Below are positions 1 to 12,307 of a DNA stretch of 64,000 nt, in pieces. The position numbers were made by a program, and so were the translations under genes. Under the pieces are notes generated by a model. The model was given only the letters and a program-made list of their open reading frames with translations. It was not told the DNA's origin and searched no databases. The stretch comes from the human T2T-CHM13v2.0 reference genome, Homo sapiens. Every line of letters starts with the position of its first letter. The first letter of the stretch is position 1. The stretch lies in NCBI RefSeq assembly GCF_009914755.1, contig NC_060926.1. The stretch is one strand, 5' to 3'.

Positions 1-367
1 GATTTTAGGAATATTGCAGATTAAGACAACACCAAAAATCCAGGAAATATCTGTAAGAATAAAGGTCATAGATGTAGGTAAAATTATTGGAGTTGGGGAA
101 ATTAAATAGTTGTAGTGCCAGATGGAGTGTAGTACAAGACAGGTCACCTCTATGTATTCTGAAAATTTGTAAGTCATGGCTGGATGCAGGATACAGAGAA
201 AAATTTTCAGTTCCATACCAATGTCTTAAATTAGAGATTGTCAAAGTGAGGTATATAAATCTATGTGGAGCTACAAGACACTTGTCAGGCATTCTATGAG
301 GTAATTTTATAATAATACAAAGATATGTGCCCCTTTAATCCTGTTGATATTGGCACAAGAAACAGTG

Positions 368-2507
368 TGAGGAGAGCTAACATCATACTTAATGTTGAGA
401 AACTGAATGTTTTTTTCCCTAAAATAAAACAAAATGTTTGTTTTCATCACTTCTATTCAACATTGTACAGGAGGTACTAGTCAGGGCAATTAGGCAAGAA
501 AGAGAAACAAAAGGAATCCAGATTGGACAGGAAGAAGTAAAACTATTTTCAAATGACCTGATCTTGTATATAGGAAATGCTAAGGAATCCACAAAAAAAC
601 TATTAGAACTGGTAAGCAAGCTAAGCAAGGTTGCAGGGTAGAATATCAATATACAAAAATTCAATTTTATTTCTATACGCTAGTAATGAATACTCTGGAA
701 ATATTTAAAAACCAATTCCATTTATACTAGGATCAAGGAGAATAAAATACTAAGGAATAAATTTAACAAAAGAGGTGTAAGACATACACTGAAAATAGTA
801 AGACAGGGTTAAGGGAAAAAGAACTAAATAAACGGAGGGACATCCCATGTTCATGGATCAGAAAGCTTAATATTGAAGAGACAGTAATAGTTCCCAAATT
901 GTCCTGCAGAGTTGATGCCATTTCTACCAAAACCTCAGCTGCCTTTTTCTAAGCATAAATTGACACAACCAATCCTAAAATTCACATAGAATTGCATGTG
1001 ACCCTAAATAGCTAAAATAATCTTAAAGAGGAAAAACATAGCTGAGGCACTCACAATTCCTAATTTCAATACTTACTACAAATCTATAGTAAACATTACA
1101 GTATGGTACTGGCATAAGCATAGATATAGAGCAATGGAATAAAATTGAGAGTCTATAAAGAAATATTTATGGTCACTTAATTTTACATAAGGGTCCCAAA
1201 ACTATTCAATGAAAAAAGAATAGTCTTTTCAACAAATGGTGTTGGGAAAACTGAATATCCACATGCTAAAGAGCTGGATACTTCCCTCACATCATACATA
1301 AAAATAAACCCAAAATAGATGAAAGACCTAAATGTAAAAGTTAAAAATATAAGACTCCAAGAAGAAAACATAAGAATATATCCTTCCAGCCTTTCATTGA
1401 GCAATAGCTTCTCAGATAGGACAAAAAAAGCATAAGTGACAAAAGTGAAAATAGATGAATTGGACTTCATCAAAATTAAAAACTTTTATGCTTCAATGAT
1501 ATCGTCATGAAAATGTAATAACATCTCACAGAATTGAAGAAAATATTTGCAAATTATGTATCTGTTAAGAATGTAGCATTTGAAATATATAAAGAACTCT
1601 TACAATTCAATAATAAAAAGACAATCCAATTAAAAATCGAGGGAAGAATGCTAGTAGATATTTTTCCAAAGAAAATATAAAAATGGCCACTAGTCACATA
1701 AAAAGATGCCCCTCATAATTAGTCATTAGAGAAATGCAAATCAAAACTGCAGTGAGATACCACTTGACACATGCTAAAATGGCTGTAATAAAAAAGACAG
1801 ATAATAAGAAGTATTATAAAGAAATTGCATGCTTCACACATTGCTGGTAGTAGCGTAAAATTGTGCAATCACTTTGTAAAACAGTCTGGCAGTTCCTCAA
1901 AAGATTAAAAGAGAGTTACCATATGACCCAACAATTCCACTCCAGTCTTTATTCTACACCTAAGAAAAATATAAAAACATGTCCCCAAAAATCTTGTACA
2001 TGAAAGTTTGTATCTACATTATTTATAGAAGCCAAAGTGGAAAAAACCCAAATGTTCAACAACTGATGAATGAGTGAACAAAATGTCATATATCTATATA
2101 ATGTCATATATCTATATAATATTATTTATCAGTAAGAATTATTTGGTAAAAATATTATTTGGCAATAATACATTCTACAACATGAATAAACCCTGAAAAT
2201 ATTATCTTACGTGAAAGAAGCCAGACACAAAAGACCACATATCCTATGATTCCATTTTAATAAAATATCCAGAATAGGTGACTCCATAGAGAAACAAGAA
2301 TAGTGGTTTCCAGAGCCTGCAGGAGAAGGGGAATAGGGAGTGACTGCTAATGGATATAGAGCTTCTTTTGGAGGGATGAATTTTTCTAGAATTTGATAGT
2401 GAGGATGAATGCACATTTCGTGGATATACGAAGAACCACTGAACTGTACACTTTATAAATGTCAATTTTGTGGTATGTAGATTATAACTCAATACAGTTA
2501 GTATTTA
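368..2507 (+). mobile_element. 5'-truncated old L1 (L1MB-like): ORF2 3' part plus 3' UTR
   Basis: ORF 438-641 is L1 RT-like ([33 protein letters not shown]). L1M 3' UTR. TSD acaagaaacagtg (355-367) / acaaaaaacaatg (2508-2520). Confidence 0.92.
2083..2118. repeat. 18-bp tandem duplication within L1
   Basis: atgtcatatatctatata x2. Confidence 0.9.
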
Positions 2508-2543
2508 ACAAAAAACAATGGGGGTATAACAGCTGGCCCCTTA

Positions 2544-2967
<424 letters not shown>

Positions 2968-3008
2968 TTAAGAATATCTTTGATGAAACATTAAAAATTA
3001 TTATTTTT

Positions 3009-3298
3009 GCTGGGCGCGGTGGCTCACGCCTGTAATCCCAGCACTTTGGGAGGCCAAGGCGGGTGGATCGTGAGGTCAGGAGATCCAGACCATCCTGGCT
3101 AACACGGTGAAACCCCGTCTCATCTAAAAATATAAAAAATTAGCTGGGCGTGCTGGTGGGCGCCTGTAGTCCCAGCTACTCGGGAGGCTGAAGCAGGAGA
3201 ATGGCGTGAACTGGAAGGCGTAGCTTGCAGTGAGCTGAGATCACGCCACTGCGCTCCAGCCTGGGCAACAGAGCGAGACTCCGTCTCAAAAAAAAAAA
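3009..3298 (+). mobile_element. AluY
   Basis: AluY diagnostics (ccatcctggctaacacgg, gaatggcgtgaac). TSD aaaaattattattttt on both sides. Confidence 0.95.
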
Positions 3299-4600
3299 AA
3301 AAATTATTATTTTTATTAACTCTCCATCCTGAGTACATATCTTTTTAATATTCTGTTTTATAAAATGGGAAGTATGCATAAAGTAGAGTGTGATGATTGT
3401 CACTAGGAAATGTTCTCTTGAGATTGTTTGAGTTGAAAGCTAAACTAGCCACTTTTTTAAGGAAAATAAGTTTTACTTAAAAAAAAAGATTGACAGGAAA
3501 AACTATGGTTGTTCAGCTTTGGATATTTGGATATTTGGTGGACATTCTGTCAAGAATTAATGAAGTGAGCCTGTCACTTTAAGGAAAAGAACTGACAGTA
3601 TTTGTTGTCAGTGATAAAATTTGAGATTTTAAGTGAAAATAGAATTTGTGGAAGCTTGTATCCTCCACTGTAAACTTAAAAGCTTCCCAATACGTAAGGA
3701 CTTTCCTGATGAGATTGTTAGTGATAATAATAAATGCAATTTTTGATTCTGTATAATGAAATATATCATTGAAAAACTCACACAAGTCAATATTTTACAA
3801 ATGACTAGTGTGGGGTGTTATAAAATTTTGCATTTATTAAAGTTCCATTCAAAATACCGGAAAGATTTATGTATTTAAATGTGACAACATTAGATACGGA
3901 TTCAAACTGCACATTGTAACTAAGCTTTCAAAAACTACCCTTTGTCAATTTTGGTGAGTTATCAAAGAAGAACATTCATAATTATTTGGAGAGGCTATTA
4001 AATTTTTTTCCATTTACCAACACATTTTTATGTGGGGCCAGATTTTATTCATATACTTCAACCAAAATGACATATTTGCCATAGATTAGATGAAGATGGA
4101 GATTTGAGATTGTCTTCTAATAAGACAAATAATAAGTTAAAACGTAAATATTGTCACTCTTCTCACTATTTTTGTTTTGAAAAATATATTTCTTTTACAA
4201 AATTACTTATCCAAACATGTTTGGGTTATTCCAATTAATTAATAAAATAATTTAAAAAACATCTGCTTTAACTTCACATACGGTAAATCTCAATAGATAT
4301 AATCCATGTTTAAAAGGCTCTTTGTGGGCCTCAGTAATTCTTAAGAGTGTAAAGGGATCCTAAAGCTAAAAAATTTGAAAACCACTGGACTGAATAATAT
4401 AAAGAAAGGATATAGAGTTGATAAAAAGAAGAAATTTTTGATATAATTGGATACTTTGAGCATCAATAGTTCATGCATCAGAGTTAGAAAACTAATTCTG
4501 CACAATTTTATGAGGTGGCTATTATCTTTTTTTGCACATATGAATATTGAGATGCTGAGAGTTTAAGTAAGCGACTCAATGTCACACAGCTAGTAAGTAT

Positions 4601-6156
4601 TGAGAGGTGACAGCGTGCTGGCAGCCCTGGCAGCCCTCACTTGCTCTCCGTGCCTCCTCAGCCTTGGCACCCACTCTGGCCGCGCTTGAGCCCTTCAGCC
4701 CGTGGCTGCACTGTGGGAGCCCCTTTCTGGGCTGGCCAAGGCCAGGGCCGGCTCCCTCAGCTTGCGGGGAGGTGTGGAGGGAGAGGCACGGGCGGGAACT
4801 GGGGCTGTGTGTGGGGCTTGCGGGACAGCTACAGTTCCGGGTGGGCGTGGGCTTGGCGGGCACCGCACTCGGAGCGGCCTGCCGGCCCTACCGGCCCCGG
4901 GCAGTGAGGGGCTTAGCACCCAGGCCAGCAGTTGCAGAAGGTGCGCCGGGTCCCCCAGCAGTGCTGGCCCGCCTGCGCTGTGTTCGATTTCTCGCCGGGC
5001 CTTAGCTGCCTCCCCGCGGGGCAGCGCTTGGGACCTGCAGCCCGCCATGCCTGAGCCTTCCCCGCCACCATGGGCTCCTGCGTGCCACCCGAGCCTTGCC
5101 GACGAGTGCTGCCCCCTGCTCCATGGCGCCCGGTCCCATCGACAGCCCAAAGGCTGAGGAGTGCGGGCGCATGGGTGCGGGACTGGCAGGGAGCTCCACT
5201 TGTGGCCCCAGTGCGGGATCCAATGGGTGAAGCCAGCTGGGCTCCTGAGTCTGGTGGGGACTTGGAGAATCTTTAGGTCTAGCTAAGGGATTGTAAATAC
5301 ACCAATCAGCACCCTGTTGTCTAGCTCAGGGTTTGTGGATGCACCAATGGGCACTCTGTATCCAGTTAATCTGGTGGGGACTTGGAGAATCTTTATGTCT
5401 AGCTAAAGGATTGTGAATACACCAATCGGCACTCTGTATCTAGCTCAAGATTTGTAAATGCACCAATCAGCACTCTGCCTAGCTCAAGGTTTGTAAATGT
5501 ACCAATCTGTGCTCTGTGTCTAGCTGATCTGGTGGGGACTTGGAGAACATTTATGTCTAGCTAAGGGATTGTGAATACACCAATGGGCACTCTGTATCTA
5601 GCTCAAGGTTTGTAAATACACCAATCAACACTCTCTATCTAGCTAATCTAGTGGGGATGTGGAGAACTTTTGTGTCTAGCTCAGGGATTGTAAATGCACC
5701 ATTCAGCACCCTGTCAAAACAGACCAATCAGCTCTCTGTAAAACAGACCAATCGGCTCTCTGTAAAATGGACCAATCAGCAGGATGTGGGTGGGGCCAGA
5801 TAAGAGAATAAAAGCAGGGTGCCTGAGCCAGCAGTGGCAACCCGCTGGGGTCCCCTTCCACACTGTGGAAGCTTTGTTCTTTCCCTCTTTGCAATAAATC
5901 TTGCTACTGCTTACTTTTTGGGTTCACACTGCCTTTGTGAGCTGTAACACTCACGGTGAAGGTCTGCAGCTTCACTCCTGAAGCCAGCGAAACCATGAAC
6001 CCACCAGAAGGAAGAAACTCCAGACACATCCAAACATCAGAAGGAACAAACTCTGGACATGCCACGCCACCTTTAAGAACTGTAACACTCACCGCAAGTG
6101 TCTGCGGCTTCATTCTTGAAGTCAGTGAGACCAAGAACCCACCAATTCTGGACACA
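4601..6156 (+). mobile_element. Solo ERV9 LTR (LTR12C/D/E type)
   Basis: TG...CA termini (tgagaggtgacagc...ctggacaca). 4-bp TSD gtat (4597-4600, 6157-6160). GC-rich U3 and tandem CCAAT subrepeats. Confidence 0.97.
5300..5850 (+). promoter_or_regulatory. LTR12 U3 enhancer/promoter
   Basis: 10 CCAAT motifs in 5302-5776, GGGTGGGG 5788-5795, AGATAA 5798-5803, TATA-equivalent AATAAAA 5807-5813. LTR poly(A) signal at 5893-5898. Confidence 0.7.
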
Positions 6157-6319
6157 GTATCAGAGGCATATTTGAACCTAAATATTAGTTTGGCTTCACA
6201 ATTTGTGCCATCTCATTTTAAAGCGGCAAAACGTAACTATGAGAATGCTGACCACACTGTCAGGTGCCACAGGACGCAGCCTTTTACGTGCCTCCTATGT
6301 ATTCAGAACCATCCTGGGC

Positions 6320-6450
6320 ATTTGTCACACTTTATCTCAGTAATCTACAAAACACTTTGCAAAACTGATATTATACATCTCACTTTGCAAATTAGAAAAT
6401 GGAGACTTACAGACATTCAAATCATTTGCTCAAAGTAACAGCTGTTTAAG
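6320..6450 (-). mobile_element. MIR fragment
   Basis: ctcactttgcaaattagaaaatggagacttacagac resembles the MIR core. Confidence 0.55.
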
Positions 6451-6774
6451 CACCAGATGACTTCAGTTGAGGGTTCAGTACTCTAATTTTTAAACCATAT
6501 CTTAGCACTTTCCTTTATAACTCCAAAGATAGCTATTTCCAGTATTTTATCAGAATATAGCTTTAAAATAAACCAAATGTCAAAATACTGGTATTCAAAA
6601 CATCCTATTACCAGGAAATCACTATTATTAAATATAAATAAATAATTCTCTATGGCCTATGTAAAATCTTACAATGATCTATCTATCCATCTCTGCCATC
6701 TCTGCATATATTAAAAAAAACTTAGAAGATATATATATATTTTAAAAAACTTAGAATCAGGACTTCTACAGATT

Positions 6775-6840
6775 GTTTCTCCTTCCTTCTCCTCCTCCTC
6801 CTCTCCTTCTCCTTCTTTTTCTTTTCTAGACCTTTCCTTT
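6775..6840. repeat. CT-rich low-complexity tract
   Basis: (cct/ctt)n run. Confidence 0.8.
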
Positions 6841-6862
6841 ACATTATTAAGTCTAGTGGTTT

Positions 6863-7315
6863 TGAAACCAACCCAATAGTCTTATAGGTAGTTTTGTTTT
6901 TTGTATAAATATAGAAATCATCCTTTCTGGTCTTAAAGCTTGAAACTTATATTTGTTTTATCTGAGTTCCTTCCATTCCTAGGCTTCTCAAAAACTACCA
7001 AAGAACTGAAACTGACCAGATCATGGCATCCATAAAATGAAACACCAGGCCCCTCATTCATCATGATTGCTTCCTTAGGCTGCCAGAGTTCCTGTTTTCC
7101 TTACATTGTTAGATTTCTTCCCTGCTAAATAAACCCCTAATTTATTCAGTCAGGGAGATGGATTTGAGACTGAGCTCCCATTTCCTCAGCTGTAGCACCT
7201 GATTAAATCCTTCTTCCTTGGCAATACTCATGGTCTGGAATACTCCTCATCTCAGTCATTGGCCTGCTGTGTGGTGAGCAGCAGGACCTAAACCAAAGTC
7301 CTGGTGTTTCAGTAA
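6863..7315 (+). mobile_element. Solo LTR, LTR47A-like
   Basis: Starts tgaaaccaacccaatagtc, ends ctggtgtttcagtaa. gttt repeated on both sides (6859-6862, 7316-7319). Confidence 0.8.
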
Positions 7316-7468
7316 GTTTTCAAATTTTTTGGCTTTAGAATCCCTTTACACTCTTAAGAATTTCTGAGGATCACAAAGATATTTTTAAAATGGATTGTCT
7401 ACTGAAATTTACTGTATTTGAAATTAAAGCAGATATTTTTAAAATTTCTATTAATTGGAAAAAGCAAA

Positions 7469-8290
7469 TGATATGAGAAGGGGGCAGGGAAATGCTGGGT
7501 AGAGAAGGGCGGGGTCCCTGGAGAGAGCTCCACCTTCAGGCCTGTGCCCACGGACCTAAGTGAGGACAGGCACTCCTGTTTTTGCGCCCAAATGCTGCAT
7601 TTTCCAAGACAATTCTGGCCCGCCATGCCCCTCCCCCACCCCCCCACCCTTAATTCTGTGCCTTCCCCAACAGTCTATTAGGCACACACACAAGTAGCTG
7701 GATATTGAGAGGTACACACCAGCAGAAGAACACAACGACAGACGCTGGCAGGCCATCGATGGTGGAACAACACAGACACAGGGAAATTTAGCCAAGGGCA
7801 GTTGGAGGAGAACCCAGCCACTGAGGGGCCTGATTCCAGGAAGACCATCTTTCCACTCCATCCCTCTTCTGGCTCCCCATCCATCAGCTTAGAGCTACTT
7901 TCACCACTCAGTAAAACCTTGTACTCATTCATTCTCTAAGCCCATGTGTGATCTGATTTTTCTTGTAGACTAGGGCAAAAGCCCCAGATACAGAAAGCTC
8001 TCTGTCCTTGTGATAAGGCAGAGGGTCTAATTGGCTGATTAACACAAACCACCTGCAGACAGCTAAGCTAAAAGAGCACACTGTAACACAAACCTGCTGG
8101 GGATTCTGGAGCTGTAAACACTCAACCCTAGACAGTGCCGTGGGGTCAGGGCCCCAAAATCACTCCCCATGACCTGCTTGTCTGCATCATGCTCCCCCTA
8201 GGGATTTGAACAGCGGGGCACCGAAGAAGCAAGCCACACTCCCTGTCACACACCCTGCGAGGGGTATATGGGAAAACTCCTCCGGTTTCA
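7469..8290 (+). mobile_element. Solo LTR, LTR1 family (ERV1)
   Basis: TG...CA termini (tgatatgagaagggggcaggg...ccggtttca), GC-rich. TSD is not clean (caaa/taat). Confidence 0.8.
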
Positions 8291-8385
8291 TAATGAAACC
8301 CAAAACATATTTGGATAAGTAATTTTGAAAAGGAAATATATTTTCCAAAACAAAAAACAGTGAGATGAGTGACAGCATTTACATT

Positions 8386-8445
8386 TGTATGTACATATAT
8401 ATGTAAATATGTATAATATACATTTATATATGATATATATAATTA
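8386..8445. repeat. TA-rich low-complexity tract
   Basis: gtatgtacatatatatgtaaatatgtataatatacatttatatatgatatatat. Confidence 0.8.
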
Positions 8446-8688
8446 AAGCTAGAAGTAAACACCAAAACATGAACTTTTGTAATATTAACAGATAACATTT
8501 TTGATATCTTCAAATACTTACAAGCTTTATCAATAATATTAATGAGTCGTTTGTTGATACTGAAATGTGGATGAGGACAAAACCCCAAAGTTATTGGAAA
8601 GAGTTTGAGAGTTATAATAATCTTACTTTTATAACATTTGGAGTTATGGTTAACTTTTTCTTCATTCAAAATGAGCTACCGATAATAT

Positions 8689-10127
8689 TGAGAGGTGACA
8701 GCCTGCTGGCAGTCCTCACAGCCCTCGCTCGCTCTAGGCGCCTCCTCTTCCTGGACCCCCACTTTGGCGGCACTTGAGGAGCCCTTCAGCCCACCGTTGC
8801 CCTCTGGGAGCCCCTTTCTGGGCTGGCCAAGGCCAGAGCCAGCTCCCTCAGCTTGCAGGGAGGTGTGGAGGGAGAGGCGCGAGCGGGAACCGGCGCTGCG
8901 CACCGCGCTTGCGCGGGCCAGCTGGAGTTCCGGGTGGGCGTGGGCTTGGCGGGCCCCGCACTCTGAGCAGCCAGCCGGCCCTGCCGGCCTGGGCAATGAG
9001 GGGCTTAGCACCCAAGGCAGCGGCTGCGGAGGGTGTACTGGGTCCCCCAGCAGTGCCGGCCCACCAGCGCTGCGCTCGATTTCTCACCGGGCCTTAGCTG
9101 CCTTCCCGCGGGGCAGGGCTTGGGAGCTGCAGCTTGCCATGCCTGAGTCTACCCCCGACCCCCTCCGTGGGCTCCTGTGTGGCCCGAGCCTCCCCGACGA
9201 GCGCCGCCCCCTGCTCCATGGCGCCCAGTCCCGTCGACCACCTAAGGGCTGAGGAGTGAAGGCGCATGGCGCGGAACTGGCAGGCAGCTCCACCTGCAGC
9301 CCTGGTGCGGGATCCACTGGGTGAAGCGAGCTGGGCTCCTGAGTCTGGTGGGGAGGTGGAGAACCTTTATGTCTAGCTCAGGGATTGTAAGTACACTAAT
9401 TGGCACTCTGTATCTAGCTCAAGGTTTGTAAACACACCAATCAGCACCCTGTGTCTAGCTCAGGGTTTGTAAATGCACCGATTGACACTCTGTATCTAGC
9501 TACTCTGGTGGGGACTTGGAGAACCACCTTTGTGTGGACACTCTGTATCTAGCTAATCTGGTGGGGAGGTGGACAACCTTTGTGTCTAGCTCAGGGATTG
9601 TAAATGCACCAATCAGCGCCCTGTCAAAACAGACCACTCGGCTGTACCAATCAGCAGGATGTGGGTGGGGCCAGATAAGAGAATAAAAGCAGGCTGCCTG
9701 AGCCAGCAGTGGCAACCTGCTCGGGTGCCCTTCTCCAGTGTGGTAGCTTTGTTCTTTCCCTCTTTGCAATAAATCTTGCTGCTTCTCACTCTTTGGGTCC
9801 ACACTGCCTTTATGAGCTGTAACACTCACTTCGAAGGGCTGCAGCTTCACTCCTGAAGCCAGCGAGACCACGAACCCACCAGGAGGAACGAACAACTCCA
9901 GACGCGCCGCCTTAAGAGGTGTAACACTCACCGCGAAGGTCCGCAGCTTCACTCCTGAGTCGGCGAGACCACGAACCCACCAGAAGGAAGAAACTCTGAA
10001 CACATCCGAACACCAGAAGGAACAAACTCTGGACACGCCGCCTTTAAGAACTGTAACACTCACCGCAAGGGTCCGCGGCTTCATTGTTGAAGTCAGTGAG
10101 ACCAAGAACCCACCAATTCCAGACACA
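8689..10127 (+). mobile_element. Solo ERV9 LTR (LTR12C-like)
   Basis: tgagaggtgacagc...ccagacaca. TSD atat (8685-8688, 10128-10131). AATAAAA box 9682-9688. Poly(A) signal 9768-9773. Confidence 0.97.
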
Positions 10128-10756
10128 ATATCAAGTTTTATAATTAATTGTTAACTTTTATTTTTCACTAGCACAATTTCGTTTCTATAAACTGAACACT
10201 CAAGGTAACATCACCTTGCTCTTTTTTACTCTCCTGTGTTTCTGACTGTACTGTCTTTATGTGAGCTCAATTTCAGTCATATTTCCTGTTCCATAAGAAT
10301 AACATTAAAAAAAAATTCAGTTACTCTAGCAATTGGAAAAAATCAAACAAAATGAAGGCAAATTTCTATATATTGGTTCATTTTTGGAATACCGTTTATA
10401 AAAATAGTGTATTGTCATTCCAAAATTGTTTTATTTACTAGTTTGGATTTATGATTTATACTATCCAGTTTTCTTTTTATGCTGAGCTCTGTTTTACCTA
10501 TTTTAATTTTTGATTAGGTTTGACTGCCATTTCATATCATTTGCACATTAGAAGAAGACATTGGGACATGCTGAGGCCAACCTCCATTACCAATAAATCA
10601 GAGTTTCTAATAAACTCTTATATTGTCCCTCTGATTATTACTTCTGTTCCATTTGAAAAGGAAAACATTTCAGTTTTTAATTCTCTTTCTTAAGCCTACT
10701 TTTCAGAACACTACAGCTTCAGACTTGCTTCTTTTTACTCATAGGTGAGATAAAGG

Positions 10757-11012
10757 CAGTATTACATAATAATAGGTCAAGAGTGTTGCCTCTTAACTGA
10801 TTCAGAGATAAGTTTGAAATCCTGCTCTGCCATTTATTGCCCAGATAATATTGCATAAATTATTTAGCCTTGCCATGCCTCAGTGTCCTCATCTCTAAAT
10901 GATGATAATACTTGCACTGTTGGTTTATAATCATGATTAAATGAGATAATAAATGCAAAGGCCTCAGCACATTGCCTGGCATATAGCAAATGCTAAACCC
11001 ATGGTAGTTATA
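10757..11012 (+). mobile_element. MIR, near full length
   Basis: Core gcctcagtgtcctcatctctaaatg and tail cattgcctggcatatag. Confidence 0.85.
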
Positions 11013-11199
11013 ATTTGGACAATGAATTGGCTGTCTTAGGAAATTTGTGCCCTCACCTCTTGTAGCTTTCTTTTTCACTTGCTGGCTATGTAAAGCAAGA
11101 GCCCTCTTCATGAATGGAAAGAAAAAAAAATAAGATGTTTTTCCAAATATGTAAAAGTTTATCTCTGTTTTTGTTTTTAGTGTAATTAGTGTGGGATGT

Positions 11200-11770
11200 C
11201 AATGTATTTAAAATTTAAGGAAAGAGAAACATGATAATGTCTCAAGATAGCAATGATTGGAAGTGAAATAGACAGACATGCAACATATTCTTCGCAACTA
11301 TGAAGTTAACAGGGAAGGAAGTAAACTAATTAATTAATTAATTGTATAAACTGACTCTAGAAATCAATAAAACAGTAATCTATAATAATATCCTCAGAAA
11401 GATAAAATATTAAACTCATAATTTAAAAATGTTAGTTTTTTACAAAAAGACAATTCAGCAAATCAGCAAAAGTGGTTGGAAATTATTGACAGAAATTTTA
11501 AACAGACAATAAAGGAGTGTTGACGTACAAAACGACACCAACAAAAAGACAATTGAAAAGTCTGAAGGTAAAGTTAAGGAACTATTTTAGAAATTAGAAG
11601 GGAAATAGAAAAAAAAAAAGTCAAGTCAGAAACCAATTTCAGGAGTTTTAACCTCTAACAAACAAGAGTCCCAGAAAGTGAGCAGAAAAAAAAAAAAAAA
11701 AGGAGAAGACACTGTCAGATAAATGCTAAAAGAAAATGTCCCAAGAGTGAAAAACTCTAGTTTCCAAAAC
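11200..11770 (+). mobile_element. Ancient L1ME/HAL1-like ORF1-region fragment
   Basis: A-rich, with aacaagagtcccagaaag...agaaaatgtcccaag motifs typical of decayed L1 ORF1. Confidence 0.4.
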
Positions 11771-12094
11771 ATCTCTAACAGTTAGGAACTTGGTTGAATG
11801 GAAATAGGTGAGGCCCACGTCAGTTATTTCTAGTGTCTTTATTTTCCAACTTTAAAGATTCTGTTGTTAATCTGACATCTATGGTCATTTCTCATGCCTT
11901 TTATAGTAGGTTTTTAATGGGTCTAAAATAAAGTTTGTGTCTACTCTTTCTTGTTTAACTGGAATTCTCTTAATTATCATTTAAAAAAAATCTGTAGCCT
12001 AGTAGTAGAATGCTAGATCCACAGTAAGAACTCATTATGTGCTTGCTGAATAAAAGAACAATTTTTTGAATAAGCAAGAGTAACAGGGTCTGAC

Positions 12095-12307
12095 CAGACA
12101 ACATACTGTGTCAACTTTTTCAGAGTTACTCGTTGCTAACTTAGGGATTTGGGCATATTACTTCTTATCTCTGAGACTTAGTCTCCTCATCTGTGTAATA
12201 ATGTTAATAATAAATTACTGAGACATTTTTGAAGATAAATGAGACAGTATTCACAAATTATATATCATAGCCCTGAAACCTGGCAAGTTATTAATAAATG
12301 TTATTAA
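12095..12307 (+). mobile_element. MIR
   Basis: Core ttagtctcctcatctgtgtaat and tail aataaatgttatt. Confidence 0.75.

Larger units (their letters stand above)
4500..6200 (-). mobile_element. MIR split by the LTR12 insertion (pieces about 4500-4600 and 6157-6200)
   Basis: gtcacacagctagtaagtat ... cagaggcatatttgaacc is continuous MIR reverse complement. Confidence 0.7.
6854..8385 (-). mobile_element. Inverted copy of the Charlie1a 3' end (about 250 bp), split by LTR47-like and LTR1-like insertions
   Basis: Pieces 6854-6862, 7320-7468 and 8291-8385 align to the reverse complement of 4143-4387. Confidence 0.85.

Noticed and set aside
438-641. Functional reverse transcriptase CDS
   Set aside because: Short surviving frame of a decayed, truncated L1.
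3340-4130. Domesticated ZBED/Buster transposase gene
   Set aside because: Multiple in-frame stops and frameshifts.
4601-5250. Gene-associated CpG island (also 8689-9340)
   Set aside because: CpG richness is confined to young LTR12 U3 sequence.
5250-5780. CRISPR-like repeat array
   Set aside because: These are the known ~40-bp LTR12 U3 subrepeats with no unique spacers, in eukaryotic DNA.
6157-8688. Internal region of an ERV9 provirus between two LTR12s
   Set aside because: Separate TSDs on each LTR. The interval is MIR, Charlie, other LTRs and unique DNA.
4582-10126. Many long ORFs (up to 208 aa) on both strands
   Set aside because: Nearly all lie within or start in GC-rich LTR12/LTR1 sequence, where stop codons are scarce. 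No recognisable domain.
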